Below, piece after piece: positions 19,572-28,700 of a stretch of 64,000 bases of DNA. Origin of the DNA: a virus; IMG/VR virus record IMGVR_UViG_3300035182_000826, positions 97,453-161,452 of that record; one strand, written 5' to 3'. Position 1 is the first letter of the stretch; every line of letters begins with the position of its first letter. Below the pieces are notes generated by a model. That model had not been told where the DNA came from, searched no databases, and was given only the letters and a program-made list of their open reading frames with translations. The translations under genes were made by a program, and so were the position numbers.

Positions 19572-21647
19572 ATGGCTTATACTCTTTCTTGGACCTCACC
19601 GGGCCTTCCATACATTCAGAAGCAGAACAGCATCACAGTGCCAACTGCTGGAACTGTGTCAAATGCAGCTTCTATCAGCTTGACGGGCCGCGGCGCCCCA
19701 AACTACGGTGTCGTGCAGCAGCAAAACCTTTTGAAGCTGCTTGAAAACTTTGCAGGCCCATCATCACCAAGCTATCCAACTGTTGGTCAACTGTGGTATG
19801 ACACTGATGCCAAGGTCCTGAAGCTTTGCACAGACACACCAACTGCGACTTCAACTGATACGATCTGGAAGGGAATGAGCTTCGTACAAGTTGGAAGCAC
19901 CGCGCCAACTTCACCAGCAATTGGCGACCTCTGGTTCAATGTCACTGGCACGAACTCTGGAATCATGTACGTGTACACAGGTCTTGGTCGCTTTCCAGAG
20001 CAGACATGGACGAGCACTGGGTATTACCCAACAGCAGTTAGCACTACACTAGCCGTGAAGAACAACTATGATAGCTTCACAAACATGAATCCAGGTGAAG
20101 GATATTTGCACGGGTTCAGCGCTGGTGTTTCCGCTGACGTTGATGGAAGTGTACTAATCAACGGAACAGCTGTCACAATTCCACGTGGTATTCTGTACAG
20201 CTCTTATCCTGTTTCGAATGGAATACTTGTTTACAGCGCAAACGGCTTCTCAATCGGAGCTGGAACAGTTAATGTTGTGATCGCATATGAGTTGGCAGAC
20301 GGTACGTGGCTGTACGACAACAACGCTGGCTTTGTCACATTCACTCCAGACAACACAATGTATGCCATTGGGCTTGCAACAGTAACGAGTGTTGACCCGG
20401 CCACATCCGGCAGCACGTCTTACGGACTATCATCAACTACAGTATGGCCATCTGGCATCAGCCTTTCAAAGATCCATCAATTCTCTGAATCGTCTATTGC
20501 AAATGGCAAGATTGGTGGATGGGAGCAGCTGTACCCTACACCAAATGTTGTTGGCGGTCGTGATGAGTATAACTACATCTTTGACATGGTGTACTCATTC
20601 ATTGGAAGCCCAACTCTGGAAGGTGGCGCGGGTGGCGCGAACGCCATTGGCAAGAACATTACGTACCTGTCACCACTGAAGTCTCTGACTGCGTCACTTG
20701 AAACCGTCGCATCAACAATCACTGACTCGAATGTGTTTGTGAATGGAGCATATGGTGATTTGACAGTTCAACCAACGTCATATGATTGGGATCGTCTATT
20801 GGCTGCTGCTAGATATGCTCTGGCACGTCTTGAGCTTCCATCTTCACTTGTGTCAAGCATCTCAAACACTCCATTTGTGTCAGACAAGCAAGCTGTTGAC
20901 ACAACAATCAACTTGCCAAGCGCAAGGTATGCGAACAACACGCTGTCAACTGCAACAATGCTTCGCACCTATCAAGAAACAGCGAACGCGCTGCAATCAG
21001 CACTCCAGAACAGGTATGTGCTGAAGGGCATGCTTGGCGCTTCAGGCACGAACACCACATTCAACAGTGAAGTGTCAGTTGTTCAGCAAGCGGCGTTTAA
21101 CGCCGCTGTGACAGGCTCACAACTAGCCTCTTCAGTCACACATGGTCTCTCGTTCAGGTTCAATGTCTTGAATCCAGAGGCAAAGAACTTCTTCACCGCG
21201 GGTCAGGCAATTGAGATCTTGCTAGCTCACTCTGGAACATCAACTGCTGCTGACACCGCGCTGCGGAACTTGCTGTCATCTTACGGTCGCTTTAGACTCA
21301 CAATGGATGAGCTATTTGTGATGACCCCATCAACAACTCCAAGCCTTTCAGTTGAACCTGTCTCTGGTGGTTTTGAGTCACTGTCAACGTCAAGCACGAC
21401 TTTGTTCAGCATCTCAGTTGGTACAGCAGCAATCACTGTTCGTGGTCTCATCTCATCTGCTAGCAATCTTCCATATGTGCAGCTATTTGTTGACGTGACT
21501 GCTGGCGGTTTAACGACTGGAACATTGAACGTGACGTGGAACACCATTGTTGATAACACGCAGTATGGCTCGCCGGCCACTTACGTCTTCCCGCGTCCAC
21601 TAACATACACGGCCACCGACAAATTGGGTTCTAGCATTTTTGTGTAA
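19572..21647 (+). CDS. Virion structural / tail-fibre-associated protein
   Basis: L.GRG..NYG...QQNLLKLLENFA...P..P..GQLWYDT motif; Ser/Thr-rich; TAAATA at 19505-19510. Confidence 0.75.
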   Translation: MAYTLSWTSPGLPYIQKQNSITVPTAGTVSNAASISLTGRGAPNYGVVQQQNLLKLLENFAGPSSPSYPTVGQLWYDTDAKVLKLCTDTPTATSTDTIWKGMSFVQVGSTAPTSPAIGDLWFNVTGTNSGIMYVYTGLGRFPEQTWTSTGYYPTAVSTTLAVKNNYDSFTNMNPGEGYLHGFSAGVSADVDGSVLINGTAVTIPRGILYSSYPVSNGILVYSANGFSIGAGTVNVVIAYELADGTWLYDNNAGFVTFTPDNTMYAIGLATVTSVDPATSGSTSYGLSSTTVWPSGISLSKIHQFSESSIANGKIGGWEQLYPTPNVVGGRDEYNYIFDMVYSFIGSPTLEGGAGGANAIGKNITYLSPLKSLTASLETVASTITDSNVFVNGAYGDLTVQPTSYDWDRLLAAARYALARLELPSSLVSSISNTPFVSDKQAVDTTINLPSARYANNTLSTATMLRTYQETANALQSALQNRYVLKGMLGASGTNTTFNSEVSVVQQAAFNAAVTGSQLASSVTHGLSFRFNVLNPEAKNFFTAGQAIEILLAHSGTSTAADTALRNLLSSYGRFRLTMDELFVMTPSTTPSLSVEPVSGGFESLSTSSTTLFSISVGTAAITVRGLISSASNLPYVQLFVDVTAGGLTTGTLNVTWNTIVDNTQYGSPATYVFPRPLTYTATDKLGSSIFV

Positions 21648-21734
21648 CCCGAACGAACACAAAAATTGTGTTGTACAGGACTATAACTTCGGCCTAAAAT
21701 CGCCTCAACAAATACAAACGCGAGGAGTGATACG

Positions 21735-22028
21735 GTGGCGAGAAGTCCTATTGTGTCGGTCGGTCAAGTGTATCTACATGGTGCACTGAACGAGTATGCA
21801 GTGGTCACGAAGTCCTACCAGGGAGAAATTTTCTTTTCTGGTCCCGGGTTCAGTGGCAAGAATGAAGTCTCAGCGTTCTTGAGCAACTTCGGCCCGGTCG
21901 ACCCGGTCGATTTGACACCGCTCGAACAAGCGCAGCTCTTGCAGTTCATGCAATTGCTGCCGAATGCACCGTGCCTCAGCGTTGGCTGGGTTGGTGATTA
22001 CGACGATTCCTTCTTCGACGAAGAGTAA
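21735..22028 (+). CDS. Hypothetical protein
   Basis: GAGGAG RBS, GTG start, terminator after the stop. Confidence 0.65.
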   Translation: MARSPIVSVGQVYLHGALNEYAVVTKSYQGEIFFSGPGFSGKNEVSAFLSNFGPVDPVDLTPLEQAQLLQFMQLLPNAPCLSVGWVGDYDDSFFDEE

Positions 22029-22050
22029 TGGGGGCAATTGCCCCCATTTT
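22027..22050 (+). terminator. Intrinsic terminator
   Basis: AATGGGGGCAATTGCCCCCATT palindrome with T tail. Confidence 0.7.
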
Positions 22051-22123
22051 CGCATGAATCAAAAACACCAGCGAGCGTACCCGTGACCCGTGGCGTGTTG
22101 CCGACAAAATAAGGAGAAATGAC

Positions 22124-22372
22124 GTGTCAACAGTTCTTACCTCAAGACGTCAAATCGAACCGCCAAAGCGAAAAGACGTTGAACAGCTGCTTACCATCTA
22201 TCAGTCATTGGCAGAGGCAAGAGAATTTCTCGGTATGTCAATGCCCTACAATAGCGGTCGGATCATCAGCCCAGAATTAGAGCTGTCGGCCGACGATATC
22301 AGAGCGCTACTGAGAAACTTATCTTTTGAGTTCACCTCTTTCTTTCAGGAACTGAAAGCCACTAAGGCCTGA
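22124..22372 (+). CDS. Hypothetical protein
   Basis: TAAGGAG RBS upstream. Confidence 0.6.
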   Translation: MSTVLTSRRQIEPPKRKDVEQLLTIYQSLAEAREFLGMSMPYNSGRIISPELELSADDIRALLRNLSFEFTSFFQELKATKA

Positions 22373-22772
22373 CAAGAACAGCCTCGGCACCAAAGGTCGC
22401 AGTGTAATCACTGGCGACCTTTTTCTCCACCTGGTGTATCTCTTCTCTTGATAGGCCTGAGAAGAGAATCGTGAAGCACAACGTTATCCTCTTTGCGTTG
22501 CCAAGAATCTCCGGTGTGTAAAGCCTTGAGATTCCTACCTTTGTTGACACACGTGCTTGCTTCAGTGCAGACTTGTGCTTGCTCGCCCGTGTTGCAGGCG
22601 AGCGCGTCTGCCCAATGTACCAAAACACCTGTCCATCCACATCAATGGACAGCTCATAGACTGAGTAGGTGTTATCCTGGTGTTTTGAAAAATCAGTGAT
22701 CATGTCAATCAGTACTGTGCTTAGGTAGTCCTTGTACTGATCAGCAATCTCATCTAAAGAATACGTGATCAT
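22362..22772 (-). CDS. GIY-YIG nuclease-family protein
   Basis: SVYEL...WYIGQT...R...H and a conserved E; TAAATA on the minus strand at 22798-22803. Confidence 0.65.
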   Translation of the reverse strand: MITYSLDEIADQYKDYLSTVLIDMITDFSKHQDNTYSVYELSIDVDGQVFWYIGQTRSPATRASKHKSALKQARVSTKVGISRLYTPEILGNAKRITLCFTILFSGLSREEIHQVEKKVASDYTATFGAEAVLVRP

Positions 22773-22815
22773 GTGCCGCCAATAGTTTCGCGGCAAGTAT
22801 TTATTGTACTGAAAA

Positions 22816-22887
22816 TGTAACGACCGTGTTCGGCCTGATCAGGTCGTTACACTTTCTGGTGTTCACCAGAAAAAATCATGTTATAGT
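22816..22887 (+). promoter_or_regulatory. TGTAAC...GTTACA inverted motif plus extended -10 (TGnTATAGT)
   Basis: Same arrangement recurs at 28696, 40829, 45993 and 55711. Confidence 0.65.
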
Positions 22888-22920
22888 TCCAACATCAACA
22901 AACAACGCCAAATACTAGGA

Positions 22921-23952
22921 GTGTTCAACATGGCAGTTGCTCAAGTTTCTTGGAATCCGAGTCAAGCCCGCTGGGAAGCCACCTTTGGTGGCCGAGTGAT
23001 CGCTTCGAACCGGAACTTCTCTGGTGGCGTCGACTACCTCCGTCGTGTGATCGAAGGCGGCTTCAGCCAGAAGGCCAAGAACCTCGGTATCGACAAGATC
23101 GAAGTCCTGCAAGCGTCGACTGCGCTGTCGAACGTTGTGAACGGCACGATGAACTCCGATGATGAGTTGGCTCCGGAGCCACTGCGCAGTCTGGATGATG
23201 AATTCCCGATCAACGAGCGCTTCGCGATCATGACTGACTACGTCGAGATGGTCGCTGAAAAGCAACTCGCATCAACGATCGTGACCGGTGAAGGCGGTCT
23301 CGGCAAGTCATTCACGGTGATGCGCACGCTGCGAGCCTGCGGCCTGGAAGACACCGACAAGTACCTCGGTGCCAAGGAAATCGGCTCTTCGTTCGATGGC
23401 TTCCGCGGCTACAAGGTCATCAAGGGGTACTCCACCGCGAAGGGTCTGTACCGCACGCTGTACGAGTATCGGAACCAGATCGTTGTGTTTGACGACTGTG
23501 ACTCCATCTTGAAGGATGCGAACGCGGTGAACGTGCTCAAGGCTGCCCTTGACAGCTACGATGTTCGAATCGTGTCGTGGAATGCCGAATCGATGATGGG
23601 TGATGATGACCTGCCGCGCAGCTTCGAGTTCACTGGCGGCGTGATCTTCATCTCGAACCTTCCGAAGTACAAGGTGCCGCAAGCCATTCGCTCTCGTGCC
23701 ATGTGTGCCGATGTGAGCATGTCCCGCGATGAAGTCATCGAGCGCATGCAAGTCATCATTGAGTCTGACGAGTTCATGCCGAACTTCTCGATGGAGCATA
23801 AGCGTGAAGCCCTCCAGTTCGTGTCTGATCATCGTGATGATCCGCTGATCGCTGAACTGAACCTTCGCTCGCTGGTGAACGCGGTCAAGGCCCGTGAAGC
23901 CAAGCCGGACTCGTGGGAGCGTCTCGCCCTGTACTCCATGGCGAACTCCTAA
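22921..23952 (+). CDS. AAA+ ATPase, paralogue of 9971..11539
   Basis: GEGGLGKS, VVFDDCDS, NVLKAALD, FTGGVIFISN and AIRSR motifs; GC3-rich codons. Confidence 0.85.
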   Translation: MFNMAVAQVSWNPSQARWEATFGGRVIASNRNFSGGVDYLRRVIEGGFSQKAKNLGIDKIEVLQASTALSNVVNGTMNSDDELAPEPLRSLDDEFPINERFAIMTDYVEMVAEKQLASTIVTGEGGLGKSFTVMRTLRACGLEDTDKYLGAKEIGSSFDGFRGYKVIKGYSTAKGLYRTLYEYRNQIVVFDDCDSILKDANAVNVLKAALDSYDVRIVSWNAESMMGDDDLPRSFEFTGGVIFISNLPKYKVPQAIRSRAMCADVSMSRDEVIERMQVIIESDEFMPNFSMEHKREALQFVSDHRDDPLIAELNLRSLVNAVKAREAKPDSWERLALYSMANS

Positions 23953-24033
23953 TCCCCTTATCAAACTCAAGATTTTGAAAGGTTGATCTGAACTCCTAGT
24001 GCCTGACTCCTTTGCAGTTGCCAGGCCCTCTTA

Positions 24034-24069
24034 GGCCCTACAGCGAAAGTTGTAGGGCCATTTTTTATT
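24034..24069 (+). terminator. Intrinsic terminator
   Basis: GGCCCTACAGC-GAAA-GTTGTAGGGCC followed by a T run. Confidence 0.85.
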
Positions 24070-24071
24070 CT

Positions 24072-25005
24072 GCCTCGGCGACACCGGTGAGGCCCGGCTC
24101 ACACAGGCTCGCCAAGACATATATCTTTATTGGCCACTATTTTTAAGCGCACCGGCGTCGCCTCGTGTCGCCGGCTCACGTTGAACCCGCTATTCGTCGG
24201 CTAATGCGCTCTGTGTGCGCCTCACCACTATGAACACCACCTCACTCCAATGAGAACCTGAAGAACTGGTCACCTCGCTCCAATGAAGAACTTGTTGGAG
24301 AATCCGTTGAACCCGCTATCTGTCGGCTAATGCGCTCTATGGGCGCTCACGCCTCACTTAAACTTTTTGCTAATGATAATGTCAGCTCTTGAAGGTCCTT
24401 GACCGTGTCATAGAACCCATTGAACCCGCTATTCGTCGGCTAATGCGCTCTATGAGCGCACTGTGCACCTCACACAAAGAGCCCCTTCTAATTTGGCGCC
24501 TTTCTTAAGTGCAGTTCGCCATAAGCGATAGAGCACCACCTCGGCGACACCGGTGAGGTCCGGCTCACACCGGACCTCACCACCAATAAGTTATGCACAG
24601 CACTTGGCCGGTGTGAGCCGGCGTCGCCTCGTGTCGCCGGCTCACGTTGAACCCGCTATTCGTCGGCTAATGCGCTCTGTGTACGCACACTGTGAGCGAC
24701 TATGACCAATGAAAACTGATCACCTGCTCCAATGAAGAACTTGTTGGAGAACTTGTTGGAGAACTTGTTGGAGAGCCCATTGAACCTGCTATTCGTCGGC
24801 TAATGCGCTCTGTGTGCGCCTCACCACTAAGAACACTCTTCTAATTTGACACTTTCTTAAGTGCGGCACAAATGGCAGTTCGCCATAAGCAATGAGCACA
24901 GCCTCGGCGACACCGGTGAGGTCCGGTGTGAGCCGGACCTCACCGCCAATAAGTTATGCACAGCACTTGGCCGGTGTGAGCCGGCGTCGCCTCGTGTCGC
25001 CGAGG
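24072..25005 (+). repeat. Non-coding modular repeat cluster 1 (modules A-E; five copies of 32-bp repeat C)
   Basis: TTGAACCCGCTATTCGTCGGCTAATGCGCTCT (0-2 mismatches) at 24181, 24307, 24420, 24647 and 24780; CCTCGGCGACACCGGTGAGG at 24073, 24539 and 24902; CCGGCGTCGCCTCGTGTCGCCG three times; GAACTTGTTGGA x3; no ORF of 60 aa or more. Confidence 0.95.
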
Positions 25006-25053
25006 GTGACAGGCGTCAATAGAAGATAAATAGCCAATCATTATGGAGTTCAT

Positions 25054-25701
25054 ATGAAAGTCAAAGATCTATTACAAGAGCTCATTGGCATCAAGAAGTA
25101 CCAAGGCGTTGACTTGCTGCAGCTTCTCATGAAGCTCCAAAGTGAAAAGAAGATCAACGTGAAGAATGGGTCTTTCAGTGTCGTAATCATTCCTGAGAAT
25201 GAAGACTTTGTGTACAGAGTGTGGACACAGGATGGTGGTTGGTTAGATTATATGGAGTACTGCATTGACCACCAAGACAATCCACACATCTTGAAAATCA
25301 AGAGTCGTGCGAAGAAGATTCCATTCATTTTTCAGAGACCTGAGGGGTTTGAGACAACACTGTATGTTGTCAAGACTGAGAAACTACAACCTTTGATTTC
25401 CAACATTGATCTGTTTGATCAGGTCAGAGTGTTCAGTAATATCGTGCAAAGAGATTTTCCAACATATGCGATTGTGAATAAGAGAATCAAAGAGCAAACT
25501 GGAATCAAGACTGATTTTGATAAGAGCTTCTATGACACGGTCAAGGACCTTCAAGAGCACTCACCCTTTCTACTTGACATCTCAACTTCGAATGTGATGC
25601 TGCGTGGAACTACTCTGGTTCTCTCTGATCCAATTGCAGAAGTCGGAACTAAGGAATTCAAAACAGCTGCTGACATTATCATTAGCAAAAAGTTTAAGTG
25701 A
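25054..25701 (+). CDS. Protein-kinase-like protein (reminiscent of T7 gp0.7 kinase domain)
   Basis: NGSFSVV Gly-loop, NPHILKI, YVVKTEKL, LDISTSNVM catalytic loop, LSDP; TAAATA at 25027-25032. Confidence 0.6.
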   Translation: MKVKDLLQELIGIKKYQGVDLLQLLMKLQSEKKINVKNGSFSVVIIPENEDFVYRVWTQDGGWLDYMEYCIDHQDNPHILKIKSRAKKIPFIFQRPEGFETTLYVVKTEKLQPLISNIDLFDQVRVFSNIVQRDFPTYAIVNKRIKEQTGIKTDFDKSFYDTVKDLQEHSPFLLDISTSNVMLRGTTLVLSDPIAEVGTKEFKTAADIIISKKFK

Positions 25702-25747
25702 GGTGTGAGCGCCCGTTATACGCATTAGCCGACGAATAGCAGGTTCA
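25702..25747 (-). repeat. Solo inverted copy of repeat C directly after the kinase stop codon
   Basis: 25721-25747 is the exact reverse complement of 24781-24807. Confidence 0.9.
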
Positions 25748-25819
25748 CGATTTAACCCAAAAAGGGTTTTAGCAAATAAACCCATTAAGTTACATTTTCT
25801 GTACTTCTAAGGTCAGAAA

Positions 25820-27082
25820 ATGGAAAGAAAACTAGTAACAGTTAGACCGATCAGCGCGCTTCTGCCAATCCCTGGGGCTGATGCAATTGAAACTGCTGTC
25901 ATTGACGGGTGGACAGTGGTTGTGAAGAAGGGTGAATTTCAAGTAAATGACCTGTGTGTTTACTTTGAGATTGACAGCTTCCTTCCAGACGGCAACCCAG
26001 CATGGCAATTCTTGGTTGACAAACAGAGTCAAGAATTTGAGGGTGTCAGAGGACATCGACTACGCACCATTCGGCTTCGCAAGCAGTTGAGCCAAGGGCT
26101 GGCTCTGCCGCTTAGCGCGTTTCCACAAATTAAAGACTCTGTTCCGAAGTCGTTTGATGTTAAACCTGGCGCGATTCACCAGGTTTATGGTGAATATCTG
26201 TCTGACACGGACTTCGCTCCACTTCTAGATGTCAAGAAGTGGGAAGCTACTCTGCCAGCACAGCTAGCTGGCCAAGCTGAAGGTCTGTTCCCGTCATTCA
26301 TCGTGAAGACTGATCAAGAGCGCTGCCAAAACCTCTGTCGTCAAATCTTCGGTTATGATCCACAAGTTGTGCCGGTTGATTCTTCAAATATCCCCCAAGA
26401 CGAGATTGATCGACTGCTGAGCACTGGCGAGTTCGTGAAGAATGAGGATGGTAGCATTTCAAAATTGCTGCCAGCGCAAGCGTCGCGTAATGATTGGTAT
26501 GAAGTCACAATCAAGCTTGATGGTTCCTCAATGACTGTCTTCAATGATGGTGGGTACTATGTGAATGAAGACGGCACAGATCATGTTGGTGTCTGCAGTC
26601 GCAATCTAGAGCTCAAGGACAACGAAGAGAACGCCCAGAACGCGTTCGTGAAGATGTTCAATGAGAGCGGCCTGAAGGACGCGCTGAAGAAGACTGGACT
26701 TGCAGTCGCCGTTCAAGGTGAGCTGATGGGCCCGAACATTCAAGGCAATCGTGAAAACCTGAAGGTGCATCAGTTCTTCGTGTTTAACATTCAAGCGCTT
26801 GCGCCAGATGTTCAGCAATTCCTGCCTCCACTGCAGCGTCTTGCAGTGCTTGAAAAGCTCTACGACGCTGGTGTGTCAAGAGAGTTGGTCATGCATGCTC
26901 CGATCCTCTTCTCCAATACCACTCTTGAGGCCCTTGGCATTGAAGATATCCAATCGCTCTTGGACTTCGCGAATGGTCCTTCACTGAACAATCCTGTTCG
27001 CGAAGGCCTGGTTTTCAAGCGGCATGACGGGCTGTTCAGCTTCAAGGCCATCAGCAATCATTACCTGCTGCAGGAGAAGTGA
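25820..27082 (+). CDS. RNA ligase, DRB0094 family
   Basis: RKLVTVR.I....PIPGADAIE, VYFEIDS, KTDQER, motif I KLDGSS, QGEL, EGLVFK and SFKAISN. Confidence 0.9.
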   Translation: MERKLVTVRPISALLPIPGADAIETAVIDGWTVVVKKGEFQVNDLCVYFEIDSFLPDGNPAWQFLVDKQSQEFEGVRGHRLRTIRLRKQLSQGLALPLSAFPQIKDSVPKSFDVKPGAIHQVYGEYLSDTDFAPLLDVKKWEATLPAQLAGQAEGLFPSFIVKTDQERCQNLCRQIFGYDPQVVPVDSSNIPQDEIDRLLSTGEFVKNEDGSISKLLPAQASRNDWYEVTIKLDGSSMTVFNDGGYYVNEDGTDHVGVCSRNLELKDNEENAQNAFVKMFNESGLKDALKKTGLAVAVQGELMGPNIQGNRENLKVHQFFVFNIQALAPDVQQFLPPLQRLAVLEKLYDAGVSRELVMHAPILFSNTTLEALGIEDIQSLLDFANGPSLNNPVREGLVFKRHDGLFSFKAISNHYLLQEK

Positions 27083-27281
27083 TGGCATCATTCAAGTGCA
27101 CGAGTCCGTGCACTTGAAGAGTTCAGGAAGAGGAACCTTTTCTATCAGCTTTTTCACAAAAAGCCACATTGGGATAACTGCGTTAGCGCCCAGCGTTACT
27201 GGGCGAAAGAGTTCACCAATCTTGGCGGTGAATTTTCAATCACTGAGTCGTTCCTTCGGGACATTACTATAAGGACAAGCA

Positions 27282-27668
27282 ATGAGCTTTCGTGTAACTC
27301 TGAAACCTGACACCTATGTTGTTGGTGATCCACGACAACTTCTAGATCGCTCCACATGGGAAGAGATCAAGGAAGAGGACAATAGTGACATCATTGAATA
27401 TGATGGACATGAGTTGTGCTGGCTCGCCGTGAAGCCAGGCACGTTCTATGGCGATGAAGAAACTGAGCTTGATCTGATTTCAGGATCAGTGATCATCATG
27501 CCAGAAGAACTTGCAGTGAATTCGATTGCGCCATTGACGATTGTGGCAGATGATGGTCTTCGGGTCATCTTCAAAAATGATGTTCTTGAAGTTGGGAATG
27601 AGTCCTTTGACTTTGGCGACTCGTACTTTGATGATGAGGACGCAGACGATGAGTCATACGATTTCTGA
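27282..27668 (+). CDS. Hypothetical acidic protein
   Basis: ORF with AAGGA RBS. Confidence 0.65.
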   Translation: MSFRVTLKPDTYVVGDPRQLLDRSTWEEIKEEDNSDIIEYDGHELCWLAVKPGTFYGDEETELDLISGSVIIMPEELAVNSIAPLTIVADDGLRVIFKNDVLEVGNESFDFGDSYFDDEDADDESYDF

Positions 27669-27691
27669 CGAGTAAATAGTCCATAATCATC

Positions 27692-28111
27692 TTGGAGACG
27701 GTTGTGGACAGAAATACACTCATCAAAGAAGCGTGTGAAGCTGCTCTTGAAATCAATGAGCAGCTGAACTTTCTCTTAGACTCTTATGACATCTTCAGAG
27801 AAGGATTAATGACAACGCCAATCAGCACCTGCCATATCGTTGATGTAAACACTGCCATCAAAGAGATTACAGGGCTAACAAAGCTGATGTCGATTGTTCT
27901 TCAACAGTGGAAAAATGGAGTCTCTGAGTTTTCAGCCGCCGGTTTGGAGATCCATGTATTGAATGAGCTTCATGTTCAAATTTTGACACTGTTTAGATTC
28001 CTAGAGTTGATGAGTATTCACTCAAGCACTTTCGACTTGGCCCAGTTGAACGCGGCTGTTGAGAGATTCAGAATCGCAAATAGAGGCCTGAACAAGGTGA
28101 CGCATGATTAA
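27692..28111 (+). CDS. Hypothetical protein
   Basis: ORF; TAAATA at 27673-27678; start uncertain. Confidence 0.55.
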   Translation: METVVDRNTLIKEACEAALEINEQLNFLLDSYDIFREGLMTTPISTCHIVDVNTAIKEITGLTKLMSIVLQQWKNGVSEFSAAGLEIHVLNELHVQILTLFRFLELMSIHSSTFDLAQLNAAVERFRIANRGLNKVTHD

Positions 28112-28700
28112 GATTGTTGGGTTCTCAGGTGCGCAGGGCGCCGGCAAAAGTACCTTGCTAAATGCGCTAAGAGATGATTTTGTAGTTGACGACTTCAAAG
28201 TGTCCAGAGCCGTCCAAAAAGAACAAGGCTGCACGTTAGAGGATGCGGTTCAGTCTTGGGACAAAATGGTTGTGTTCCAAACAAGCATTCTTTACCAGAA
28301 GTATCTGCATGACTCAGAGTTGCTAAAGCAGCCAGGTGACAGCATCATTTTGGTCGAACGGACCTTTGCTGACATTTACGCTTACACGGCGCTCTGGTGT
28401 AAGCGCCTTGTTGCCAAGTCATTGGTAGAGCCAGAAGTGGCTGAGTCCTTCTTGACAGGTTATCTTGTGGCATGTCGCAAGTATCAAGACAAGCTTTACT
28501 CACTGCTGTTTGTGATTCCATTGATGGATCACATTCCACGAGAAGTAGACGCGCATCGCGCCGATTACGCCAGCGCGATGGAAGTGTATAACACCATTTC
28601 TACGTTCACCATCAAGGGAAATGTTCCATATGACACGATCACTGGAGTGACTGTCCAGGAACGAGCTGAGCGAGTCAAAGAGATCATTACACAATTGTAA
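28104..28700 (+). CDS. P-loop nucleoside/nucleotide kinase-like protein
   Basis: GAQGAGKST Walker A and LVERTFAD motif. Confidence 0.7.
   Translation: MIKIVGFSGAQGAGKSTLLNALRDDFVVDDFKVSRAVQKEQGCTLEDAVQSWDKMVVFQTSILYQKYLHDSELLKQPGDSIILVERTFADIYAYTALWCKRLVAKSLVEPEVAESFLTGYLVACRKYQDKLYSLLFVIPLMDHIPREVDAHRADYASAMEVYNTISTFTIKGNVPYDTITGVTVQERAERVKEIITQL

Noticed and set aside
23953-24070. Possible tRNA here or at 41237-41312
   Set aside because: No cloverleaf or T-loop GTTCRA context; the hairpins are explained as terminators.
24181-24811. Repeat C as a CRISPR array
   Set aside because: Inter-repeat distances are 81-195 nt and irregular, linkers share modules with each other, the repeat matches no CRISPR repeat family I recognise, and there are no cas genes in the window.
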